Shown piece after piece: positions 52,946 to 64,000 of a DNA stretch of 64,000 bases; positions within the stretch are counted from its first letter, which is position 1; each line of letters begins with the position of its first letter. Below the pieces are notes generated by a model. It was given only the letters and a program-made list of their open reading frames with translations. It was not told the origin of the DNA and searched no databases. The position numbers were made by a program, and so were the translations under genes. The stretch is from Octopus sinensis (Eukaryota), in contig NC_042998.1 in NCBI RefSeq assembly GCF_006345805.1, forward strand, positions 121,086,001-121,150,000, read 5' to 3'.

Positions 52946-53320
52946 GACTGGCTCCCATGCCAGTGACACATAAAAAGCACCATCTGAATGTGGTTGATGC
53001 CAGGTCTGCCTGACTGGCTCTTGTGCTGGTGGCATGTAAAAGCACCAACCAAACATGACCGATGCCAGTTCACCTGTGACTGGCTCCCATGCCGGTGGCA
53101 CATAAAAAGCACCATCTGAACATGGTCAATGCCAGGTCCGTCTGACTGGCTCCCAAGCTGGTGGCATGTAAAAGCACCAACAGAACATGACCGATGCCAG
53201 TACCACCAGACTGGCTCTTGTACCAGTGATATGTAAAAAGTACCATCCGATTGTGGTCAATACCTGGTCTGCCTGACTGGCTCCCGTGCTGGTGACACAT
53301 AAAAAGTACCAACCGAACAT
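52946..53320 (+). repeat. Tandem array of ~65-bp units (~5.7 copies, alternating A/B variants) related to the RTE 3' UTR
   Basis: Units GACTGGCTC(C/T)(C/T)RTGCYRGTGRCAYRTAAAA(A)GCACCA... start at about 52946, 53012, 53078, 53144, 53209 and 53275. Confidence 0.85.
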
Positions 53321-53347
53321 ATATGTATGTATGTATGTATATATATA

Positions 53348-54895
53348 TATATATATATATAAACAACACTGATGGAGATTGAAAACAGCCTGCAACAATC
53401 CTATGTGAGAGAAAGAGCAGACAAAGAAGCCTGGGTTACAAAAAATATTGAGCCAAACCCAAAGGCCTTCTTTCATTATGTGAAAGAAACAGAATCAGTA
53501 CACAGCAGGATAGGACCACTCTTCCAAAAGGATGGCTCCCTCACAGATAGTCCAACCAGGATCAGTGAGGTACCAAATGACCAGTTCAAAAGTGTCTTTA
53601 CCACCCCGTTTTAACACAGACAAGAGAATGAACCAGTAGACCTCTTTGCCGCCTCGCCTATAACCAGCGAGGAAGTTACAATAGAATACATCAACATTAG
53701 CAAAGAAGATATATTACTAGCCATAGATGAGGTGGACACAAACTCAACTTCTGGTCCTGATGGTTTCCCAGCAATCCTCCTCAAAGCATGTAAGCATGCC
53801 CTGGCAAAACCCCTCCAGATTCTCTTCCAGAGCTTTCTTCAAAATGGCAGACTGCCAAGCAAGCTGAAGGAGAGAATAATATGCCTAATCTATAAAGGAG
53901 GAAGCAGAGCAGATCCCAAAAACTATAGGCCTACCTCTCTGACTTCACACATCAACAAAGTCATGTAAGAGATAGTCAGAGGAAAACTAATCACATTCCT
54001 TGAAGAAAATAACTTGCTGAGTGATACACAGCATGGTTTTCGGCCAGGTAGGAGCTGCCTGACCCAGCTCTTACAACATTATGACTGGGTGTTGAGGTAG
54101 TTACTCAACAACTCAAATGTGGACGTAATATACCTTGATTTTGCAAAAGCTTTTAACAAGGTGGATCATGGTATATGCCATAAACTGCATGATCTTGGTA
54201 TAGCTGGAAAATTTGGAGAGTGGTTACATGACTTTCTGAAAGATAGAAGTCAGGCAGTAGTGGCCAATGGAGCCATGTCAATGAAAACACAAATAGTGAT
54301 CGGTGTCCCAAAGGGCACTGTCTTGGGACCACTGCTTTTCATAGTGGCCCTCTCAGATATCCCCTCAATTGCCTGGATAGCCACCCTTGCTAGCAACACA
54401 GATGATATGAAAGTCTCACAGAAAATACAGAACCCAGCAATGTTGCACATCTGCAGCAGCAGTTGGACTCAATTTACAGACAGGCTGAGGATAATAATAT
54501 GCATTTCAATGCTAAAAAATTCCAAGCCATGTGCTACAGCAGCCAAAACTGAATATGAAAATTACAGGGTACACTGCTCCACAGTGTACACTGTAATTAC
54601 AATCCCAGAGTCTAAATTAGTGAGAGACCTGGGTATCAACATGAGTGATGATACCTCTTTCCACAGTTTTTTAATATTCTCCCAAAGAGCATGAAGAACG
54701 TGCACAAAGTAGATGTAGGCATTTTTAAATCAAGGCTGGAACTCTACCTCATGGCAAGAGGTGCAAATGAGGGTAGCTACATCAAACTCCATTCTTCACC
54801 AAGTGCCACATATTAGAGGAGGATCTAAGTAATAACAGTGTAGCAAAACGGTGGTGCTCCAGCAGGCTACAGCTGAGCTGAAACTACAAAAAAAT
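53348..54895 (+). mobile_element. Second 5'-truncated copy of the CR1/L2-group LINE seen at 38516-40545
   Basis: ACTGATGGAGATTGAAAA matches 38674 onward. It has multiple stops, a ~330-bp internal deletion near 54660 and the same GCTGAAACTACAAAAAAA tail. Confidence 0.92.
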
Positions 54896-55649
54896 ATATA
54901 TATATAGAAAGGGCACCCACCCTTTCCCACCTCTACCACCAATACCGGATATCTCTATCGTCCTACCATCTACACCAGATATCCCTTCTCCCACCCTCCT
55001 CCTCAGTGGGTTGTTCTCCATATATTACCTTCACTTCTTCCTCTCCTAGGACAAATGCAACCAGCCCAGCTGCTCATCCACCCACCAACTTCACCATCTT
55101 ACGTTTCGTTCTGTCTAGAAATTTGCCACCAGTTATCTCTTTTCCCAATTCCCCCTCCTCACTGGGCTGTTCCCTATATTACTGGCACTCTCTCTATCTC
55201 TCTCCCTCTCTTTCTTTATCTCTCTATAGGGACAAACACAACCAGGTTATCTGCCCACCTACCTAACCGGCTATCTTTCGTCCCATTTTCATTCTGTGTA
55301 GAAACATGCCAACTACTACCCAGGAATTTTCCTTGGCCTTATGAAGTGGAGGAGAAAGCTATTTGGCTGCCCATGTGTGCTTATTCCTGTGTGTGGGTGT
55401 GCTTGTGTATATATAGGAATGAGCTTGTTTCCTCTCCTCTTTCTGTCTGAATCCTTTCCCGCTGGTGGTACCCTCCATTTTACCTACAATCCCCCTCTAC
55501 CCGGACAAACGCAACCACTTTCAGCTGACTCCCTCCTAGCTTAGAATTGGAATATCCATATTTTTGCTACATCGCTTGAATCTACATCATTTGATGACCA
55601 TAATGCTTATGCTTACAACACTGCTAACACCGGCTCCTACCTCCAGTAA

Positions 55650-58465
55650 GGGCAACAATTTCAACATGCTTGAATGTTGTCAGGTGAGAAGTAAGAACAG
55701 ATGAAGCATGCCTAACAAACGATGACTTTAGGCTCAAAGCCTGAAGGATACCAAGAAGATCAATCCAAAAAAGAAGGATTTGGAAGCTAAAGAACCCTTC
55801 ACATGGTCAGAGATTTAGGGACATCCTCATCAAGAAATTTGAGGAGAGGGAAGAGAAGCTACTGACATCGGACATAGAAGGTGGCTGGAAAATCCTACCA
55901 GACAACTTAGTGAGTGCCACAGACCAAGTCTGTGGTTGGAGCAAAGTCCCTTCCAGACCTAGAGTTATGTGGTGGTGGAATAGTGCAGTAGACAAAGCCA
56001 TTAGACCAAAGAAACAGGCCTGGAAAGCCTGGAAAGGTGGGGGTAGCAAGGAACTATTCCAGGTAGCCAAAAGGGAGGCTGGGCAACAGGTATACATAGC
56101 CAAGAGCAAAGCGGAAAAGAAGAAGTTTGCCAATATCAAGCGACGTAAGAATCACACAACTGAGGTATTTTGGATTGCAAGACAGTGTGTGAGAGAAAAT
56201 TGTGATGTTACAGGAGAGAAATGTGTCCGCATGGATGATGGTGCACTTGCTTTTAATGATTCTGAAAAGAGAGAGGCTTGGAGAAGCCATTATGAAAGAC
56301 TGCTGAATGTGAAGAATGAATGGGAGGAGGAGAGCCAGCCACATGTTGACCCAGTAGAGGGACCAGCTATCCGAATAGACAGCACCCTAGTAGATAAAGT
56401 ATTTAAGGCTATGAAGCCAGGAAAAGCCCCCAGCCCATCAGGAATCACTGCTGAGATGCTTAAAACATCTGGTGGTGTGCGCTATGGCTTAGTCACCCGC
56501 ATTGTAAACTAGCTAGTTCATGATGGAGCCATACCCAACAACTGACATAGCAGCTCAATAGTCAACTGCTACAAAGGTAAAGCCAATCCTCAAGATAGAA
56601 ATAACTACAGGGGTATCAAACTGCTGGATCAGGTGATGAAGGTCACGGAGAGGGTCATAGCCCATCTCATCAGGGAGAGAGTCTACTAACTGAGACGCAG
56701 TTCAGTTTTGTGCCGGTTAGAAGCACCACTGATGCCATATTCCTGGTTCGACAACTGCAGGAGAAATACCTAGCTAAAGATAAACCCCTATACTTAGCTT
56801 CTGTGGAATTGGAGAAAGCCTTTGACCGGGTCCCCCATTCCCTTATCTGGTGAGCGATGCGGAAACTGGGGTTTGACGAATGGTTAATAAGGGCTGTACA
56901 GGCCCTTTACAGAGGGGCTGTTAGTAAGGTTAGGATTGGCAATAAGTATAGTGAAGAATTCCAGGTAGAAGTAGGGTTCCACCAAGGTTCAGCCCTCAGT
57001 CCCCTTTTATTCATTATATTCCTCCAGGCAATAACTGAGGAATTCAAGACAGGCTGCCCCTGGGAGCTCCTCTATGCTGATGACCTGGCCCTCATAGTGG
57101 AATCACAACTGGAACTAGAAAAGAAATTTCCTGTGTGAAAGCTAGGTTTAGAATCAAAAGGCCTTAGAGTCAATGTAGCAAAGACCAAAGTTCTAGTAAG
57201 TAGGAAGGCAAACTCATCACACACACCCTCAGGTAGGTGGCCCTACTCGATCTGTCGAGGTGTAGGTAGAAACTCCATAAGATGTACCCAGTGTAAGCTA
57301 TGGACACATCAGAGGAATATTAACTGAGAAGATAGCTTTCGTGTGTGGCAGATGCACAGGGACAATAGACACCACAGATACTCAGAAAACAGATTCCATC
57401 ACACTTCAGGTGGAGAAACTAGAAGTAGTTGATAGTTTTTGCTACCTAGGTGACCAAGTTAGTAGTGGGGGTGGATGCTCAGAGAGTGTTACCACTAGAA
57501 TAAGAATAGCCTGGGCAAAGTTTAGAAAGCTTCTTCCCCTACTGGTGAGAATGGGTCTCTCACTCAGAATGAAAGGTAGATTGTACGACGTATGTATGCG
57601 AACTGCCATGCTTCATGGCAGTGAAACATGGGCCATGACTGCAGAGGACATGCGTAAGCTCAAAAGAAATGAAGCTGGCATGATCCACTGGATGTGTAAT
57701 GTCAGTGTGCACACACGACAGAGTGTAAGTGCCCTGAGAAAAATATTGGACATCAGAAGCATCGGATGTGGCATGCAGGAGAGACATTTGCATTGGCATT
57801 GTCATGTACTACGGATGCATGAGGAGAGATGTGTGAAGAAGTGCCACTCCCAAACTGTTCAAGGAATCCGGGGTAGAGGTAGACCCAGGAAGACATGAGA
57901 TGAGGTGCTCAAGCATGACCTTTGAACGTTGGGCCTCACAGAGGCTATGACGAAAAACCGAGACCTCTGGAGATATGCTGTGACTTCGAAGACCCGACAA
58001 ATGAAGTGAGTTCATGGCTTGCAGGACGGCCTGCTGTGCTAACCTTGGATCGTAGGGTGACCTGTTGTGCTTGAGGAGATCTATTGAGTCAAGTACATCA
58101 ACATCAATATAAAAATCAAATGGAAATTGTAGATGTGATACCTGTGCCGGTGGCACGTAAAAAGCACCAACCGAATGGGGCCAATGCCAGCGCCGCCTTG
58201 ACTGGAGGTCCGTGCTGGTGACACATAAAAAGCACCAACCAATCGTGACAATTTTCCCCCCTGCATGGCCCCTGTGCCGGTGGCACATAAAAAGCACCCA
58301 CTACACTCACAGAGTGGTTGGTATTAGGAAGGGCATCCAGCTGTAGAAACACTGCCAGATCAGACTGGAGCTTGGTGCAGCCTCCTGGCTTCTCAGACCC
58401 CAGTCGAACCGTCCAACCCATGCAAGCATGGAAAACAGACATTACACGATGATGATGATGATTAT
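55650..58465 (+). mobile_element. RTE-clade LINE, degenerate and 5'-truncated
   Basis: ORF pieces 55910-56512, 56857-57138 (LLYADDL) and 57341-57898 (DSFCYLG, GRGRPRKT), followed by the 3' UTR array and a (GAT)n tail. Confidence 0.93.
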
Positions 58466-58529
58466 TATTATTATATATTTATATATAAGCATATACATAT
58501 GCTCTATATATGTATATATATATATTCTA

Positions 58530-59813
58530 TTGGGTTGTCCGGAAAGTTTGTGCCGCTTTATAGTAGCTTAACTTTTAACTTATTTTAGGACATGCTTGAG
58601 TCCATAAAATAGGATTTGATTACACCTCCATTTAGAGCACAGTTTAAGCTATATTTTCGTGGAAGAAGGTTTATGTTCCTGTAACCTGTGTTAATTCTGT
58701 AACCCTTTAAAATGGAAGATAAGAAAGTTCATTCTCAGCACTTGATGCTTTTCTTTTTCCATAAAGGGAAAAGTGCCTCACAAGCAACCAAAGAAATATG
58801 CACAGAGTACGGTGATGTTTCTTTACCCAAAAGAACTGTACAGAAGTGCTTCGCAAGGTTCCAAGTTGGAGATTGTAACCTTATTGATAAAGAGCGATCA
58901 GGCAGGCCATCCACTACAGATGATGACCAAATCAAGTCATTAATTGAGAATAACCCACATTGCACAACCCAAAAATTGGCAGAAAGCCTCAACCTATCAA
59001 AATCCATTGTTCATGACCACCTGGTAAAGCTTGGGTACACAAATCACTACGATGTTTGGGTACCACATGAGTTGAGTGAGAATAACCTTTTGGATTGCAT
59101 TTTCATCTGTGATTCGCTTCATAAACGGAATGAAAACGTGCCTTTTTTAAAGCAAATTCCAACAGGTGATGAGGAATGGATTATCTACCGAAATGTTCAG
59201 AGAAAGCGATCCTGGAGTAAGCGACATGAGCCACCTTTAGCCACCCCAAAAGCGGGTCTTCACCCTAAAAAAGTGTTGCTTTGTGTCAGGTGGGATTGGA
59301 AAGGAATTCTGTACAATGAGCTTCTCCCAAGTAACCAGACAATTAATTCTGAGAAATACTGCACACAACTGGACAAGTTAAAAGCAGTAATTCAAGAGAA
59401 ATGTCCAGAATTGGCCAACAGGAAGGGTGTTATTTTCCAACATGATAATGCAAGACCGCACATTTCTTGGGGAACCAGACAAAAATTGCTGCAGCTCGGC
59501 TGGGATGTGTTACCCCACCCTCCATATTCACCAGATATTGCTCCTTTGGATTTCCACTTATTCAGATCTCTGCAGAATAGTCTTAATGGTAAAAATTTTA
59601 ATTCCTTGGATGACATAAAAAGATACCTTGATGAATTCTTTGCCATGAAACCACCTCAATTCCGGGAAGAGGACATCTTCAAGTTAAAGGAAAGATGGAG
59701 ACGCATTATGCAACAAAATGGTTCATATTTGATTGATTAAAAATTTAATGGCAAGTATTTATTGACCTTTTTCTTTCCTTTAAAAATCGACACGAACTTT
59801 CCGGACAACCCAA
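58530..59813 (+). mobile_element. Full-length mariner transposon (1284 bp) with ~30-bp TIRs and TA target duplication
   Basis: TA|TTGGGTTGTCCGGAAAGTTTGTGCCGCTTT ... AAATCGACACGAACTTTCCGGACAACCCAA|TA, with 3 mismatches between the TIRs. Confidence 0.95.
58712..59740 (+). CDS. Mariner transposase (D,D34D), 342 aa open reading frame, mellifera-subfamily-like
   Basis: WVPHEL, TGDEEW, HDNARPH and YSPDIAPLDF motifs; 34 residues between the second and third catalytic Asp. Confidence 0.93.
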   Translation: MEDKKVHSQHLMLFFFHKGKSASQATKEICTEYGDVSLPKRTVQKCFARFQVGDCNLIDKERSGRPSTTDDDQIKSLIENNPHCTTQKLAESLNLSKSIVHDHLVKLGYTNHYDVWVPHELSENNLLDCIFICDSLHKRNENVPFLKQIPTGDEEWIIYRNVQRKRSWSKRHEPPLATPKAGLHPKKVLLCVRWDWKGILYNELLPSNQTINSEKYCTQLDKLKAVIQEKCPELANRKGVIFQHDNARPHISWGTRQKLLQLGWDVLPHPPYSPDIAPLDFHLFRSLQNSLNGKNFNSLDDIKRYLDEFFAMKPPQFREEDIFKLKERWRRIMQQNGSYLID

Positions 59814-59823
59814 TATATTATTT

Positions 59824-60616
59824 GTTATTTAGAGATAGAAGTCCCCATGCAAGTCATCAGATCCTAATATACACCACACCATATCATAGAATTTTATTTT
59901 AATACTTACTATTTCAGTTCCAAATTTCTCTTCTACACTTGTTTCATGAGGTGCATTTAATGTTCCCGAAACCCTCATTATTATATATTATCATATCTTA
60001 TTATATATTATTATATTTTATCATTTCTAAATTTTTTCTCCATAGATTTCTTTATATATCTTTTTATACTTTTTGTATTTTGTCATTCATTCGTATTTGT
60101 TTACGTTCACTTTTATCTATAGTTTTTATTTGAATATATATTTCTTTGTCACTGTTTATTTTATCATCCCTATATTATATATTCTTTTCATTATTATAAT
60201 TTTCTTCATTCCTACATATTATTAATTTTTATGTATGTTTATAGGCATAAGCCATGTTTGAATTTAGTTTTGTAAATTTTAAAATTTTAATTCATTAAAT
60301 TATGGCTTGCACGGCAAGGTTTGGTGAATTTATCTGCACACCCGCATATTTGTTAGTTATATTCGTAACTGATAAAATATAAAAATATAGGAATAGTTAT
60401 AGAATTATAAAAAGTTACGAATAGTCCTGATGATTGGGGTTGCAGTTAAGACATGTTTCTGACTGAGGGTCTCGGAACGTTACACGCACCTCATGAAACA
60501 AGTGTAAAAGAGAAATTTGGAACTGAAATAGTAAGTATTAAAATAAAATTCTATGATATGGTGTGATGTATATTAGGATTTGATGAATTGCATGGGGACT
60601 TCTATCTCTAAATGAC
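59824..60616. mobile_element. ~790-bp element with 154-bp terminal inverted repeats around an AT-rich spacer; possibly a Penelope inverted pseudo-LTR remnant
   Basis: 59824-59977 matches the reverse complement of 60464-60616 with few mismatches. A hammerhead-like core lies at 60427-60506. Confidence 0.7.
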
Positions 60617-60654
60617 ATATATTTCCTTATCGAGAAAAAAATATATATATTTAA

Positions 60655-63592
60655 CATAGACTGGTAGTTAGTGACTTTAGGATCAGGACTAGGAGGACAA
60701 CCAGAAGACGACAAATATGGAGAAGAAGGATCTGGAAGCTTAAAGATCCTGCAAATGGACAGAGATTTAGGGACATATTACTTGAAGCCTCTGACGAAGT
60801 AGAAGGGGATAGAGCATCACAGGGGGTAGAAGACAGCTGGACGTTTCTAAGGGACAACCTGCTGAGAGCCACTGACCAGATCTGTGGCTGGTGCAAAGTC
60901 CCCTCTCGACCTAGAATAACGTGGTGGTGGAACAATATTGTAGACAGGGCTATTAGAGAAGAGAGACAGGCTTGGAAGGTCTGGAAAAATGGGGGTAGCA
61001 GGGAATTGTATCAGACTGCCAAAAGAGAAGCTAGGAGACAGGTTTATTTAGCCAGAGGAGAAGCAGATAAGAAAAAATTTGCCAATGTTCTGCGCCGTGA
61101 GGACCAAAGACTGGAGGTGTTTCGTGTTGCAAGACAGTGTGTGAGAGAGAATCGTGATGTGGTAGGAGAGAAGTGTGTTCGCATGGAAGATGGTTCACTT
61201 GCGCTAAATGAGGATGCAAAGAGAGAGGTTGGAGATGCCACTATGAAAGGTTGCTGAATGAAGAAAATGAATGGGATAAAGAGAGTCTGCCGAATGTTGA
61301 CCCAACAGAGGGACCAGCTATCCGAGTTGATAGTTCTGTGGTAGCTAAGGCAATTAGAAGCATGAAGACAGGGAAAGCCCCAGGCCCATCAGGAATCACT
61401 GCAGAGATGCTCAAAATGTCTGGTAGTGTCGGCTATAGCCTAGTCACCCATATAGTTAATCAGGTGATACACAAAGGGGTCATACCCAATGACTGGTGTA
61501 GCAGTATAATAGTCAACTGCTACAAAGGTAAAGGTGATGCCCTAGATACAAATAACTACAGAGGTATCAAGCTGTTGGACCAGGTGATGAAGGTTACGGA
61601 GAGGGTCATAGCCCAACTAATTAGAGAGAGAGTTAGTTTAGATGAGATGCAGTTTGGGTTTGTGCCAGGGAAAAGTACTACTGATGCTATATTCCTGGTA
61701 AGGCAGCTGCAGGAGAAATACCTAGCCAAAGATAAGCCCCTGTACCTGGCTTTTGTTGACATGGAGAAGCCTTCGACAGGGTCCCCCGATCCCTTATCTG
61801 GTGGGCAATGAGAAAACTAGGGATAGATGATGGTTAGTGAGAGCTGTGCGGGCCATGTATAGGGACGCCGCTAGTAGGGTGAGGGTTGGAAATGAGTACA
61901 GTGAAGAATTCCGGGTAGAGGTAGGGGTCCACCAAGGCTCAGTACTCAGCCCCCTCCTATTTATCTTAGTCCTCCAGGCAATAACGGAGGAATTCAAGAC
62001 AGGATGCCCTTGGGAGCTCCTCTATGCTGATGACCTTGCTCTAATTGCTGAGTCGCTATCAGAACTGGAGGAGAAGTTTCAGGTGTGGAAACAGGATTAG
62101 AATCGAAGGGCCTCAGAGTCAATCTAGCTAAAACCAAAGTCGTAATCAGTAGGAAGGTAGACAAATCACAAACACCTTCAGGTAGATGGCCCTGCTCATC
62201 TGTAGAAAAGGTGTAGGTAGAAACTCTATAAGATGCACCAAGTGTAAGCTATGGACACATAAGAGATGCAGCAATGTCAAAGGAAGGCTAACTAGGAAGA
62301 TGGTTTTTGTATGTGGCAGATGCTCAGGAACAATAAACACTGAAAATGCTCTGAGACCAACTTCCGTCACATTCCAGGGAGAAAAACTAGAAATAGTTGA
62401 TAGTTTCCGTTACCTAGGTGACCAAGTCAGCAGCGGGGGCGGGTGTGCTGAAAGTGTAACTGCTAGAGTAAGAATAGCTTGAGCAAAGTTCAGAGAGCTC
62501 TTACCTCTGCTGGTGACAAAAGGCCTCTCGCACAGAGTGAAAGGCAGACTGTATGATGCGTGTGTACGAACAGCCATGCTACATGGCAGTGAAACATGGG
62601 CCGTGACTGCTGAGGATATGCGTAAGCTCGCTAGAAATGAAGCCAGTATGCTCCGATGGATGTGTAATGCCGGTACTCACACTCGGCAGAGTGTAAGTAC
62701 CTTGAGAGAAAAGCTGGACCTAAGAAGCATCAGTTGTGGTGTGCAAGAGAGACGTTTGCGCTGGTATGGTCATGTGGCGAGAATGGATGAAGATAGTTGT
62801 ATGAAAAAGTGCCACACCCTAGCGGTTGAGGGAACCTGTGGAAGAGGCAGACCCAGGAAAACCTGGGACGAGGTGGTGAAGCACGACCTTCGAACTTTAG
62901 GTCTCACTGAGGAAATGACTAGAGACCGAGACCTCTGGAAGTGTGCTGTGCACGAGAAGACCCGGCAGGACAAGTGAGTCCACAACCCGTGGCCTTCTAC
63001 ATGGGATGGAGCCAGCCTACGTATGCATACCTTCCCTACTTGGGACACAAAACTCTACTTGTGAAGACGTGTTGAGGCAAGTGAGGATCAGAATCGAAAT
63101 CGATCAATGGAAATTGCAGATGTGCTACCAGTGCCGGTGGCATGTCGAAACTCTGCTTGTGAAGACCCATTGAGGCAAGTGAGGATCAGAATCGAAATCG
63201 ATCAATGGAAATCGATCAATGGAAATTGCAGATGTGTTACCAGTGCCGGTGGCATGTAAGAGAACTTTCCGTTTCGCGACCGTTGCCAGCACCGCCCCGT
63301 TTCGTGTCCGTTGCCAGCCTCGCCTGGCCCTCGTGCCGGTGGCACATAAAAAGCACCATCCATTCGTGGCCGTTTGCCAGCTCTGTCTTGCACCAGTGCG
63401 GGTGGCACGTAAAAAGCACCCACTACACTCACGGAGTGGTTGGCGTTAGGAAGGGCATCCAGCCGTAGAAACACTGCCAGATTTGACTGGGCCTGATGAA
63501 GCCTTCTGGCTTCACAGACCCCAGTAGAACCGTCCAACCCATGCTAGCATGGAAAACGGACGCTACATGATGATGATGATGATGATGATGAT
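60655..63592 (+). mobile_element. RTE-clade LINE, 5'-truncated and frameshifted, with duplicated 3' UTR
   Basis: ORF pieces 61006-62977: GKAPGPSGITAE, NYRGIKLL, VHQGSVLSPLLF, LLYADDL, DSFRYLG and GRGRPRKTW. The tail is (GAT)n at ~63568-63592. Confidence 0.95.
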
Positions 63593-63635
63593 ATTAATAT
63601 ATATATTATATTAAATTAGAGATAAAACCACTATT

Positions 63636-64000
63636 ATGCAAATCAAACAGTGAAAAACATAACCCAATACATAAAATTAATTTTAAAATATAAAAGTTAA
63701 AAATTAAAAAATTATTTAAATAATTTAAACTTATAAATTTTAAATATATATATATATACAAATATATATATATATATATATGTATGTATATTTTTATATT
63801 TATATATTATTTTATTTATTAATTTATTTATGTAATAAATAAATAAATAAAATAATATACATACATATATATATATTTGTATATATATATATTTAAAATT
63901 TATAAGTTTCAATTATTTAAATAAGTTTTCAATTTTTAACTTTTATATTTTTAAATTAATTTTATGTATTGGCTTATGTTTTTCACTATTTGATTTGCAT
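63636..64000. repeat. Long AT-rich near-perfect palindrome running off the window end
   Basis: ATGCAAATCAAACAGTGAAAAACATAACCCAATACATAAAATT... (from 63636) mirrors ...AATTTTATGTATTGGCTTATGTTTTTCACTATTTGATTTGCAT (to 64000); the centre is near 63830. Confidence 0.85.

Noticed and set aside
52946-53320. CRISPR array
   Set aside because: Eukaryotic context, no cas genes, the 'spacers' are homologous to each other, and the same units occur in RTE 3' UTRs.
60440-60470. Minus-strand hammerhead based on GAAACAUGUC
   Set aside because: No CUGANGA box or stem II upstream on that strand.

Overview
AT-rich, repeat-dense eukaryotic DNA. The SINE, RTE and MITE families look like those of octopus (inferred from repeat families only, no database search). 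The only host coding sequence I can support is the first coding exon (minus strand, 17989-18346, ATG at 18295) of a RABGAP1/RABGAP1L (GAPCenA)-like gene. No downstream PTB/TBC exons were recognised, so much of the window is probably intronic. The rest is mobile DNA: RTE LINEs (two long copies plus fragments), CR1/L2-group LINEs, a full-length mariner with an open D,D34D transposase, a Penelope-like element with inverted terminal repeats, a Helitron 3' remnant, TTAA MITEs, tRNA-derived SINEs and microsatellites. Highlights: (i) a core-intact type I hammerhead ribozyme at 400-492, in the sense orientation of the host gene; (ii) two inverted Penelope pseudo-LTR hammerheads with complementary core mutations; (iii) a C4HC3 PHD-like zinc finger inside the reverse transcriptase of the RTE family; (iv) a variable-copy hairpin-repeat array in the RTE 3' UTR; (v) several long inverted repeats. 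Repeat boundaries were placed by eye and are approximate.
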